Shown in pieces: positions 9,615 through 16,825 of a stretch of DNA of 18,959 nucleotides. This stretch comes from Minisyncoccota bacterium (lineage in GTDB: Bacteria > Patescibacteriota > Minisyncoccia > Phycocordibacterales > DATDSR01). Position numbers and translations under genes: made by a program. The number at the start of each line of letters is the position of its first letter. Within the stretch, counting starts at the first letter, position 1. Where the stretch lies: the NCBI GenBank assembly GCA_036517855.1, contig DATDSR010000026.1, positions 1 through 18,959 of the forward strand, given 5' to 3'. The notes beneath the pieces are model-generated. The model was not told where the DNA came from. It saw only the letters and a list, made by a program, of their open reading frames with translations, and searched no databases.

Positions 9615-9642
9615 AAGATAGCAAGTATTTGACAAAAGTCAA
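9615..9642 (-). promoter_or_regulatory. Promoter of the 43-aa ORF, with the -35 embedded in a TTGAC-N4-GTCAA palindrome
   Basis: On the minus strand: -35 TTGACT (9637-9642), 16-nt spacer, -10 TATCTT (9615-9620). The palindrome TTGACaaaaGTCAA spans 9629-9642. Confidence 0.5.
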
Positions 9643-9683
9643 GGGGCATTATTTCGGATTGCCTGTCAACCAAATATAATCCG

Positions 9684-9692
9684 TGGTATAAA
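9684..9692 (+). promoter_or_regulatory. Possible extended -10 promoter for tRNA-Pro/tRNA-Ala
   Basis: TGgTATAAA at 9684-9692 lies about 14 nt before the tRNA-Pro 5' end. The -35 is poor. Confidence 0.3.
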
Positions 9693-9705
9693 TACTTCCG
9701 TAATA

Positions 9706-9776
9706 CGGAATGTAGTATAGTGGTAATATACGCCCTTCGGGAGGGCGAGCCCCGAGTTCGATTCTCGGCATTCCGA
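9706..9776 (+). tRNA. tRNA-Pro (anticodon CGG)
   Basis: Manual cloverleaf: acceptor CGGAATG/CATTCCG (C1-G72, typical of bacterial tRNA-Pro), anticodon arm CGCCC-TTCGGGA-GGGCG, T arm CCGAG-TTCGATT-CTCGG, discriminator A. Confidence 0.85.
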
Positions 9777-9777
9777 C

Positions 9778-9850
9778 GGGCCCGTAGCTCATCTGGTAGA
9801 GCGCGTCATTCGCATTGACGAGGTAAGGAGTTCGACTCTCCTCGGGTCCA
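9778..9850 (+). tRNA. tRNA-Ala (anticodon CGC)
   Basis: Acceptor GGGCCCG/CGGGTCC containing the G3:U70 alanine identity pair, D arm GCTC-ATCTGGTA-GAGC, anticodon arm CGTCA-TTCGCAT-TGACG, T arm AGGAG-TTCGACT-CTCCT. It starts 1 nt after tRNA-Pro and CCA is not encoded. Confidence 0.9.
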
Positions 9851-9887
9851 CTGCTTCGTTAAGACTACGCAGTGCAATCACAAACTT

Positions 9888-11705
9888 ATGGAAGGTGAAA
9901 AGAAAAATAATGTAACACGATCGGCGATTACTGAAATGCTGCGTAACGGGCGGCGCGTGCTTGGTATGGCCTACAGGGCCAAGCCTGGTCTGATGATAGG
10001 AATATTAATAGTGTTCGCCATCGCCGCGGCGGCGGGTTTCGGATCTTCAGGTACCCGAGCTTTGCTCATTAACGAGCTCGTGGCTCTGCCTGGTAACGGT
10101 TGGAGCAATTCAATCATCTTACTGCTACTCGCTACCCTGCTTATGAATATCTTACCAGATGTCATCGGCCAACTTCAGGAATATTGGCGATGGAAGTTGT
10201 GGTTCGTGATGGAGGAAGAGTTGAACGTATTACTTCTCAAGCAACGTGGGCTCCTCGATATCGCCACGCACGAGGATCCTAAGACACAAGATCTATTCAC
10301 CCGAGTGAATGAAGCGGGTGTGTGGCGAATGAGCAACTTCGTGCAGAGGATGCTCTTCGTTTTGCAAAACTTAATTGAGATCGTTTTAGCTGGATTGATT
10401 ATCCTCGCCTTCAAGTGGTGGGTTTTCCTCATCGTTTTCTTGGGAGTCATCCCCACCCTCATAGTCGAAGCCAAATACAGTCGAGGCGTCTACGGCATAG
10501 ACACAGCCGGAGCCGAGGTGAAGCGTCGTTATTGGGACTTGGGTCATCGCTTCAAGAATCTCTCGGACTTAGTTGAGATCAAACTCACCGGCTTGACCAA
10601 AAATTTTACCGAGCGCATAGTTGCGCTCTTTCGTCAGTTCAGAGGTCCGGAGGAGGCCAAAGAGAGAGCTAAGTTTGTACGCGGAGCAAGCGCTACCCTA
10701 CTCTCCAATGTCACCATCGCCGTGGCCCTCGGCTGGACAATCGATCAAGTGCTCGGAGGAACGATGCAAGTGGGTACTCTCACGTTCATTTTCACCTCAA
10801 TTTATACTCTACGCCAATCACTCTCGGGCCTACTCCAAAACTTGGCCAACCAGTACAAAGATAGCCTCTACCTCACAGATACATTCGCCTTCCTAGATCT
10901 AGCGCCCAGACTTGACACCACCAAATCACATCAACAAATCACGACAGGCAAAACTCCCTCAATAGTCTTCGAGAATGTAAGCTTCGGCTACAAAACTGGC
11001 ACGAGCCCAATCCTAAAGGGTGTCAACCTGCGTATAGACTCGGGCGAGAAGTTGGCCATAGTGGGCGTCAATGGTGCGGGCAAGACAACTCTCATAAAAC
11101 TCCTTTGCCGCTTCTACGACCCTACTGGGGGCAGGATCCTGGTAGATGGCATAGACCTGCGCGAGATTGATCTTGCTAGCTGGTACGACACCTTGGGCGC
11201 TATTTTTCAAGACTACTCGAGATACCACTTTACGGTCAAAGAATCGATTGCCGTGGGCACGCCGGGTATTGGGCCCGTTATGGAGAATGTAGTCACCGCC
11301 GCCCACAACGCCGAGGCCAACATTTTTATCGAGGAGTTTGAAAAGGGCTATGACCAACAACTTGGGCAAGAGTTTGAAGGTGGCGTACAGCCATCCACCG
11401 GTCAGTGGCAAAAGCTCGCTCTTGCCCGCACCTTCTATCGTGACCCGCGCATATTCATCCTAGATGAGCCCACTTCTTCCATTGACGCCGAGGCCGAGGC
11501 CAAGATTTTCGACAAGCTCGAGGCCTTGCCCGACGATCGCACCGTCATCCTAATCTCTCATCGCTTCTCCACCGTACGTCATGCCAATAAGATTGTAGTT
11601 ATAGAAAGTGGCACAATCAGCGAAGGGGGTTCACACGAAGAGTTGCTAAAGCTTGACGGCACCTACGCCCGCCTCTTCAAGTTGCAAGCAAAAGGTTACG
11701 AATAA
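9888..11705 (+). CDS. ABC transporter, fused permease/ATP-binding exporter (MsbA / multidrug type)
   Basis: 605 aa. The N-terminal half has multiple TM helices. The C-terminal NBD has Walker A GVNGAGKTT, a signature-like STGQWQKLALAR, Walker B IFILDEPTSSID and H-loop ISHR. Confidence 0.93.
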   Translation: MEGEKKNNVTRSAITEMLRNGRRVLGMAYRAKPGLMIGILIVFAIAAAAGFGSSGTRALLINELVALPGNGWSNSIILLLLATLLMNILPDVIGQLQEYWRWKLWFVMEEELNVLLLKQRGLLDIATHEDPKTQDLFTRVNEAGVWRMSNFVQRMLFVLQNLIEIVLAGLIILAFKWWVFLIVFLGVIPTLIVEAKYSRGVYGIDTAGAEVKRRYWDLGHRFKNLSDLVEIKLTGLTKNFTERIVALFRQFRGPEEAKERAKFVRGASATLLSNVTIAVALGWTIDQVLGGTMQVGTLTFIFTSIYTLRQSLSGLLQNLANQYKDSLYLTDTFAFLDLAPRLDTTKSHQQITTGKTPSIVFENVSFGYKTGTSPILKGVNLRIDSGEKLAIVGVNGAGKTTLIKLLCRFYDPTGGRILVDGIDLREIDLASWYDTLGAIFQDYSRYHFTVKESIAVGTPGIGPVMENVVTAAHNAEANIFIEEFEKGYDQQLGQEFEGGVQPSTGQWQKLALARTFYRDPRIFILDEPTSSIDAEAEAKIFDKLEALPDDRTVILISHRFSTVRHANKIVVIESGTISEGGSHEELLKLDGTYARLFKLQAKGYE

Positions 11706-11709
11706 TTTT

Positions 11710-11889
11710 GTGGTGTTATCTTAACATTTGCGCGAACCCATTTCGAGAGCCAAAGTTGATGAGTGGCTAAATTAAAATGGTGCGTCCCCGCCTGTGGTCG
11801 GTGAGTACACCGCCCACCCCGCACGCCATCCCCAAGGGCCTCTACATTTTTGTATTTTTCGCGCGCGACTTCGGGGTTCGCAATATGGA
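11710..11889 (-). repeat. Copy B of the repeat family, inverted relative to copies A and C
   Basis: The reverse complement aligns with 16721-16900. The inner part (11771-11889 vs 16721-16836) is roughly 85% identical by manual alignment. The outer ~65 nt are diverged but of similar length, with an equivalent hairpin (TTTG-CGCGAA-cccat-TTCGAG-agc-CAAA, 11727-11754). It begins 5 nt after the ABC exporter stop. Confidence 0.85.
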
Positions 11890-11900
11890 AGCATCCTTAG

Positions 11901-11969
11901 TGGGTGGGAGAGCAGTCCCGCAAAATCCTCCAGCCCCAACTAACAGCTTTGCGGGACTGCTGGGTGGGA
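11901..11969. repeat. Miniature inverted-repeat unit flanked by a 9-bp direct repeat
   Basis: The direct repeat TGGGTGGGA occurs at 11901-11909 and 11961-11969. A perfect 13-bp inverted repeat, GCAGTCCCGCAAA (11912-11924) / TTTGCGGGACTGC (11948-11960), encloses a 23-nt loop. Confidence 0.8.
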
Positions 11970-11995
11970 TAAATAGATATTTCCATACTTCTCAC

Positions 11996-12023
11996 TTGAT
12001 TATATTCCTATTTGGAATATAAC
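11996..12023 (+). promoter_or_regulatory. Promoter with a C-box-like palindromic operator upstream of the controller gene
   Basis: -35 TTGATT (11996-12001), 16-nt spacer, -10 TATAAC (12018-12023). The palindrome ATATTCC-tattt-GGAATAT (12002-12020) fills the spacer. A further GGAATA half-site is at 12029-12034. Confidence 0.45.
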
Positions 12024-12051
12024 ACAATGGAATACTATACTAAAATTGTTA

Positions 12052-12273
12052 ATGACTAAAGCTATATTCTCAAAGGATCATAGGCACATTGTGGAACGGC
12101 TCAAGAAAGCCCGCATTGAGGCTGGTCTAGATCAAATTGCAGTGGCTAAGCGGCTCAAGAAGACCCAGTCGCATGTTTCCAAGATTGAAGCCGGGCAAAG
12201 AAATATAGATGTCGTCGAGCTAAAACAACTTGCTAGGATTTACAATAAATCAATGGACTATTTTCTGGAATAA
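12052..12273 (+). CDS. XRE-family helix-turn-helix protein, probable RM controller (C) protein
   Basis: 73 aa from the ATG at 12052. The HTH region is LDQIAVAKRLKKTQSHVSKIEAGQRNIDVVELKQLARIY. It lies 3 nt upstream of, and on the same strand as, the putative endonuclease gene. Confidence 0.8.
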   Translation: MTKAIFSKDHRHIVERLKKARIEAGLDQIAVAKRLKKTQSHVSKIEAGQRNIDVVELKQLARIYNKSMDYFLE

Positions 12274-12276
12274 ATT

Positions 12277-13305
12277 ATGTACGCAGATACGGCATTAAAA
12301 AAATATCACAAATACTTCGCACCATTCTTGACCCCGTCTCAAACTAAGAGATTGTTCACAAGGCTGGAGAGAGTTTCTTGCAACATAGCTCCAATAAATC
12401 CCGCCACAGGAAATACGCAAACGAGCGTAAGATGGAAGCTTGATAAGGCGAACCCAAACTACGCAAGTGAAAAAGAATGTCGAGAAATATTTACCGCTCT
12501 CGTTGAGGATCTGTTGGGTTTCTTGGGTGTAAAGAAATTTAAAGCTCGTGGTTATTTACAGACCTACTCGGATAAAAATATCGCGAAAGAGGACGTATCT
12601 AGTTTCTTAAATACTAGCTCTAGAATAGGTTCTCTCGAACTACCTATAGACTACAAAAGGCCACTTAGGGAAGATGGCAAGCACACAAAAGATAATATTT
12701 ACTGGTTTTCGCCTTTTACCAAGATAGTTAATTTAAGAAATTGGGTCGGAAATGAAAATATTGTTACCAAGATACAAGTAAAATCATATCTGACCGACAG
12801 AAGGCAAACAGGCGACTACCAGACAAATCGAGAGATTCGCTGGGAAACACATCCAAAGTCTCCTCAGTACGCTTCGAGAGGAGACTGCATGCTCATTGAA
12901 GCTAAACTATTAGCTCAAATATCCATTTTTGTTGGGGCACCTGACCTACCCGTGGATTTAATCGAAGTTGTAGAGGAAGTATTGGGCAGTAAATTTGTAA
13001 AAGATAGTTTCAAATGTCCCATATCCGGGAAACCAATTTTCTTTAACGAATTTTATGAAAAGGTAGCGAGCCCGGTGCATGGAAGATCAGGTTTCCAAGT
13101 CGGACATTTAAATCCGCTCGCATCTACAGGTCGTCATATTGCATCAAATACATCATGGATAACTGACCTAGGGAATCGTGTTCAAGGAGAATCTTCTCTA
13201 GAGCAAATCACAAATGATATTTTCTTCATGGCCAACTTCCACAAAGAGCGTCAGTCTCTAGATTGGAGTGAAGTTGAATCTATTGCAAAGAAAACACAGA
13301 GTTAA
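12277..13305 (+). CDS. Putative restriction endonuclease (C-terminal HNH / beta-beta-alpha-Me-like motif)
   Basis: 342 aa and low GC. It sits directly downstream of the C gene and is convergent with the methyltransferase. The C-terminal motif is FQVGHLNPLASTGRHIASNTSWITDLGNRVQG (spacing of the H...N...N type). I recognise no closer family. Confidence 0.55.
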   Translation: MYADTALKKYHKYFAPFLTPSQTKRLFTRLERVSCNIAPINPATGNTQTSVRWKLDKANPNYASEKECREIFTALVEDLLGFLGVKKFKARGYLQTYSDKNIAKEDVSSFLNTSSRIGSLELPIDYKRPLREDGKHTKDNIYWFSPFTKIVNLRNWVGNENIVTKIQVKSYLTDRRQTGDYQTNREIRWETHPKSPQYASRGDCMLIEAKLLAQISIFVGAPDLPVDLIEVVEEVLGSKFVKDSFKCPISGKPIFFNEFYEKVASPVHGRSGFQVGHLNPLASTGRHIASNTSWITDLGNRVQGESSLEQITNDIFFMANFHKERQSLDWSEVESIAKKTQS

Positions 13306-15409
13306 GTTTATTGACCATTGCAAAAGTGTGTTCTTTTGTCTTTTCCTTTAGAGTAATGATATCTTTTACTTCTTGGTCAATGTCACTAAGGGTTTGAAGA
13401 TTTCGTGGAGTCGGAATTAAGAGGTCATAAATCCTTTTGCCAAGCGAATCTATGATGTCCTGCGTCAGTTGTTTAGACTTAATTTGTCTCTGTACCCATC
13501 GAGATGAAAGAAGTCCTAGTAGGTTATAGGCCGTTAGACCTATTTCGTTAGAAAGCACTCTAATTTTATAAATATGACTCTGATAAATAATCTCAGTATC
13601 AAATTTGGTAATCATTGCAAGCGTTCCAATCAAGTATGTGCCGTCCTTAACCATAAGAATATCACCGGCTTGAATATCCTGTTTGTTTTTTAGCTTCTCG
13701 TAGATCGACCGCTCAACTCTATGCTTTGCATCATTCTTAACCTCCCAATTCGTTAAGTCAGAAGTTCTTATATAAGGTATATCTCCTGTACCATATGCCA
13801 GTTTTCCAATCTCGTCTCCCGTAGAAATCTCCAAAATATTCCTTTCGACAAGCTCCCGAATAGTAACCAAGTGTGAATCAACCGAAAGACTATTTTTATC
13901 ATTTTCTAAATCTGCGTCATAATACTTTGGAGCCAAAATATTATCATCAACACGATCTGCTAGTAGCATGTAGCCTAAATTGCTGCTCTCGGTGTAGGTT
14001 TTATTCCTGAATTTCAGATAATTACTCAAAATTCCAGGAAGGTCATCGTGGGGAATTATGTTTCCCCTAGAATCATGTCCGCACCACTTGGCCTCCGCAA
14101 AAAATATCGACCTTTCAACTGTATCACTACCATCCCTTCTTCTAACAATCATGAGATCCGTCTTTGTATGCGTGCCGCCCTTCCCTGAAATTTTAAAAAG
14201 TGACTCAGGCATGCCAATCACACACTCAACATCGGAATTATTAAGAATATATTGGACTGTACCTTTGTAATTCTTATTCGATAAAAGACTTTCTGGCACA
14301 ACAGTTGCAAGTAGACCTCCATTTTTAAGTGCTCGGATATTTCTTTCCATAAAAATTGCCTGTGGGGGCGTGTTGACGTTTAGGGTATCGGTCTTCTTAT
14401 ATGAACCATTATTACCAGACCATTTGTAGCTTACGGTGTATTGCTTGGCAGTTTCTTCGTCGATTGATTTTATCTTTGATCCAAATGGGGGGTTGGTTAT
14501 TACGAGATCGAAATATCCATCTTTTATTTTTGGCAAGTCTGGGTTACCTACCAAAAGTGAATCGCCATCATAAATATGCGCTACTTCACCGGTAAGCAAC
14601 GTTAAATGGATCTTCGCAAGTCTGGCTAGTTTTTTATCTTTTTCAATGCCAAACATATTATTCTTTACGAAGGATTGGACGTCCTTCTCTGGGTAGCGCT
14701 CCTTAAGGTACAGGTAGGTAGCCGTTAGGAAACTACAGGCACCACACGCAGTGTCTATAATTTTCCATGTGGGTTTTGGATCAACTGCTCTAACCAAAAA
14801 ATCTACTGCAACCTTCGGTGTGAAAAATTGGCCTTCTTGGCCTCTTATGTGATTACCAATGAACACTTGGTATAAAGACGCTACTACGTCTATGTTGTGT
14901 TTTTGGAATTCTCGTAGTTGACGGAGTCCTTGGGCTACGTAGTCTATCGAATGAGGATCTAGAAGTAGCTCCTCATCAGGACCATAAAAATCAGGAAACT
15001 TTGATCTGATTTTTGTAAATTCAGCTCTAAATACCTTAGAATTTTCAAATATGTCTTCAGAAATGCGTTTTTCGACAGTATCACTCAAGCAAAAGAAAAC
15101 TTTAAGAACCTCTTCGAGCAAGGCCTCATCTCGACTCATCCCCACCGCTCTTCCCGCAAGATAATTACGAATATTCCTAATGATAGCGGAAGGTTCGAGG
15201 GATAATTGTAAGTTTGCTTTTTGGTCTTTCATTTCCTGTTGAGCGGGAATCATCCCACAGTTTATGTAATTATAGTACATTTTGCTGAGTGAGGAACAGC
15301 GATTATCCACAGGGTTGACGTAATATCTAGCTAAACTACGTAAAAATATGATCGGCCTTTTAATGTCAGTATTTAAAAACAGAAAAGCCCCCACAGATGT
15401 AGAGTCCAT
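13280..15409 (-). CDS. N6-adenine DNA methyltransferase (gamma class, HsdM-like) fused to a C-terminal HsdS-type target-recognition domain
   Basis: Up to 709 aa. It has FFTPKVAVDFLV, motif I IIDTACGACSFL and motif IV DLVITNPPFG. The C-terminal ~200 aa resemble a type I S-subunit TRD (GDIPYIRTSDL...GDILMVKDGTYLIG...SHIYKIRV). The start is uncertain: ATGs at 15409, 15280, 15253 and 15232 are all possible, and the 15409 ATG sits inside a hairpin. The 3' end overlaps the R gene by 26 bp. Confidence 0.9.
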   Translation of the reverse strand: MDSTSVGAFLFLNTDIKRPIIFLRSLARYYVNPVDNRCSSLSKMYYNYINCGMIPAQQEMKDQKANLQLSLEPSAIIRNIRNYLAGRAVGMSRDEALLEEVLKVFFCLSDTVEKRISEDIFENSKVFRAEFTKIRSKFPDFYGPDEELLLDPHSIDYVAQGLRQLREFQKHNIDVVASLYQVFIGNHIRGQEGQFFTPKVAVDFLVRAVDPKPTWKIIDTACGACSFLTATYLYLKERYPEKDVQSFVKNNMFGIEKDKKLARLAKIHLTLLTGEVAHIYDGDSLLVGNPDLPKIKDGYFDLVITNPPFGSKIKSIDEETAKQYTVSYKWSGNNGSYKKTDTLNVNTPPQAIFMERNIRALKNGGLLATVVPESLLSNKNYKGTVQYILNNSDVECVIGMPESLFKISGKGGTHTKTDLMIVRRRDGSDTVERSIFFAEAKWCGHDSRGNIIPHDDLPGILSNYLKFRNKTYTESSNLGYMLLADRVDDNILAPKYYDADLENDKNSLSVDSHLVTIRELVERNILEISTGDEIGKLAYGTGDIPYIRTSDLTNWEVKNDAKHRVERSIYEKLKNKQDIQAGDILMVKDGTYLIGTLAMITKFDTEIIYQSHIYKIRVLSNEIGLTAYNLLGLLSSRWVQRQIKSKQLTQDIIDSLGKRIYDLLIPTPRNLQTLSDIDQEVKDIITLKEKTKEHTFAMVNKLNSVFSLQ

Positions 15410-15423
15410 ACGGACTTTTCTGT
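15379..15423 (-). terminator. Possible terminator of the high-GC gene
   Basis: On the minus strand: ACAGAAAAG, a 27-nt loop (with the inner hairpin AGTCC-gtat-GGACT), then CTTTTCTGT followed by TTTTAAAT. It lies 36 nt after the stop at 15459. Confidence 0.3.
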
Positions 15424-15458
15424 GAGGGCCGAAGAACTTATCGGACCTCTGGCTAAAG

Positions 15459-16232
15459 CTAGTTGACCTTCCTGACCGCCCGCCAGTCCACGAGGACGCC
15501 GAACGGGAAGCCGGCCTTGATGCTCATGCTTGGGAAGTTGGGCCCAGTATCGCCCTCGTCCTTCAAGCGCTGGACCGAGACCAGATGGAACTTGTGGCAA
15601 CTCATACCGACGACGAGCTTCCACCTACCCGGCTCCAGAATGTTCGCACCTTCGGGGTAGCAGTCGGTGACGGTCTCGGTGACCTCCACGATGCTGCCGT
15701 TGGGTGGAGCGAAGACATCGCACTCAGTGTTCCCGCAGGTTTGGACGGAGCCGAACTCTCGCTCGATGTGTTGCCTGGCCTCGTCCTTGTCCGCGGTGGC
15801 GTAGATCGGAAGACACGTCTCGGGGCCAGCTGCGCTTGGCAGACTACCACGACCCCCGGAAGTGGAGATAGCGGGCCGGCCGTCGAGGTGGAATTCGAAG
15901 TCGAAGTGGCGGAAGTATTCCTTCTCTCCACTCTGGTAGCCCCTGACCTCGAGGCTCAAACCCGGTCCACCGCGAAGCGTGATGCAGGCTTCGACACGGT
16001 TAGCGTCGCGGAAGAGCTCTCTGACCGACACGCTCTCCTCGTGACAACCGCAGGTGTACTTGCCGAAATCGCTGTAGCAATCGCTGGAAACCCTGCCGCC
16101 CATGCGGTCGGTTCCGAACATCACGAGTTCTCCGAAGAGTCTGAGAGCGGCACGATGCGCCACTGAGTACGTCCTGTTCTCGGCCAGTCGGGATCGAAGA
16201 GTCTTGTCGAGGAACAAACTGATCTTCTTCAT
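15459..16232 (-). CDS. Orphan Cys-rich cytoplasmic protein, high-GC (probable horizontal acquisition)
   Basis: 257 aa from the ATG at 16232, preceded by the SD AAAAGGAG (16241-16248). Third codon positions are strongly G/C-biased, and the local GC is about 60% against about 37% for the adjacent RM genes. It has 10 Cys (CGCH, CGNTEC and others) and no signal peptide or TM helix. I recognise no family. Confidence 0.7.
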   Translation of the reverse strand: MKKISLFLDKTLRSRLAENRTYSVAHRAALRLFGELVMFGTDRMGGRVSSDCYSDFGKYTCGCHEESVSVRELFRDANRVEACITLRGGPGLSLEVRGYQSGEKEYFRHFDFEFHLDGRPAISTSGGRGSLPSAAGPETCLPIYATADKDEARQHIEREFGSVQTCGNTECDVFAPPNGSIVEVTETVTDCYPEGANILEPGRWKLVVGMSCHKFHLVSVQRLKDEGDTGPNFPSMSIKAGFPFGVLVDWRAVRKVN

Positions 16233-16329
16233 CGCGTTTTCTCCTTTTTGAGTGGGCACGCTAGAGCCCAAGCAGAGAGGACAAACTCCGACGAAACGTC
16301 GGTCTATCTGTGACCCCTCATCTTTCGGA

Positions 16330-16358
16330 AGCATATCAAATCCCTTGACGAAAGTCAA
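16330..16358 (-). promoter_or_regulatory. Sigma70-like promoter of the high-GC gene, with the -35 inside a TTGAC-N4-GTCAA palindrome
   Basis: On the minus strand: -35 TTGACT (16353-16358), 17-nt spacer, -10 TATGCT (16330-16335). The palindrome CCTTGACgaaaGTCAAGG spans 16343-16360. The predicted leader is about 95 nt and contains the hairpin CCGACG-ttt-CGTCGG. Confidence 0.5.
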
Positions 16359-16392
16359 GGTGCAGTGTCCAGTACAAATGGGGAATGAGTTC

Positions 16393-16825
16393 GGGGAGCC
16401 GTGCCCGCCAAGGGCGGGCACCCCCTGTGCGCGCACGGGAGGGCGGGGCAAGCACAGTTAGATAGAGCCAGCCCTTCCCACCAAGGAGGGGTTTGGGGAG
16501 GAATTGGGGGGAAGGGCTGATCCATACTTCTCCCGTTCCCCCAGTCACGCCATTCATTGGCGTGACTGAATAATAGCGCGTCTCCGCCTCACTCTCCGAA
16601 TGCGCCAGAGCAGCAAACCGGTCGGGCATACAAATAACCACAACATTTTGATATAGTAAGAGGACGGCTTGCTGTGAGGGCGCATTCGGGGAGTCTCGCA
16701 TCGCCATCACTCAAGGCCTATCCATATTGCGAACCCCGAAGTCGCGCGCGCAAAAAACAAATACAGCAAAGGCCTTGGGGGATGGCGTGCGGGGTGGGCG
16801 GTACTCCGCACACAGGCGGAGACGC
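16393..16825. other. Hairpin-dense non-coding region with nested long-range helices (candidate structured RNA or nested palindromic elements)
   Basis: Local hairpins are at 16401-16421 (9 bp), 16424-16439, 16469-16519 (11+4 bp) and 16542-16568 (11 bp). The nested helices are: H1 16578-16589/16814-16825 (12 bp); H2 16591-16606/16679-16694 (16 bp, one T.G); H2b 16611-16623/16663-16674; H3 16698-16708/16781-16790; H4 16710-16718/16771-16779. Confidence 0.4.

Noticed and set aside
9776-9778. The 1-nt spacer between tRNA-Pro and tRNA-Ala as an anomaly
   Set aside because: Tightly packed tRNA clusters processed by RNase P and RNase Z are common in compact genomes. I noted it but do not consider it unusual enough for a finding.
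11777-12022. ORF 11777..12022 (+), 81 aa
   Set aside because: It lies entirely within repeat copy B, the mini inverted-repeat unit and the C-gene promoter. It is Pro/Gly-rich and has no SD.
15585-16166. ORFs 15585..16166 (+), 15602..15931 (-), 15373..15624 (-), 15463..15660 (+) and the N-terminal extension of 15459..16451
   Set aside because: These are typical long spurious frames in high-GC DNA. Only the minus frame from the ATG at 16232 has an SD, a promoter and balanced amino-acid composition. The upstream extension would read through the promoter and hairpins.
16336-16710. ORF 16336..16710 (-), 124 aa, and ORF 16252..16461 (+)
   Set aside because: They have no SD and cross multiple perfect stem-loops, and their composition is Pro/Gly/Arg-rich. 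I interpret the region as structured non-coding DNA, although a decayed pseudogene cannot be excluded without blastx.
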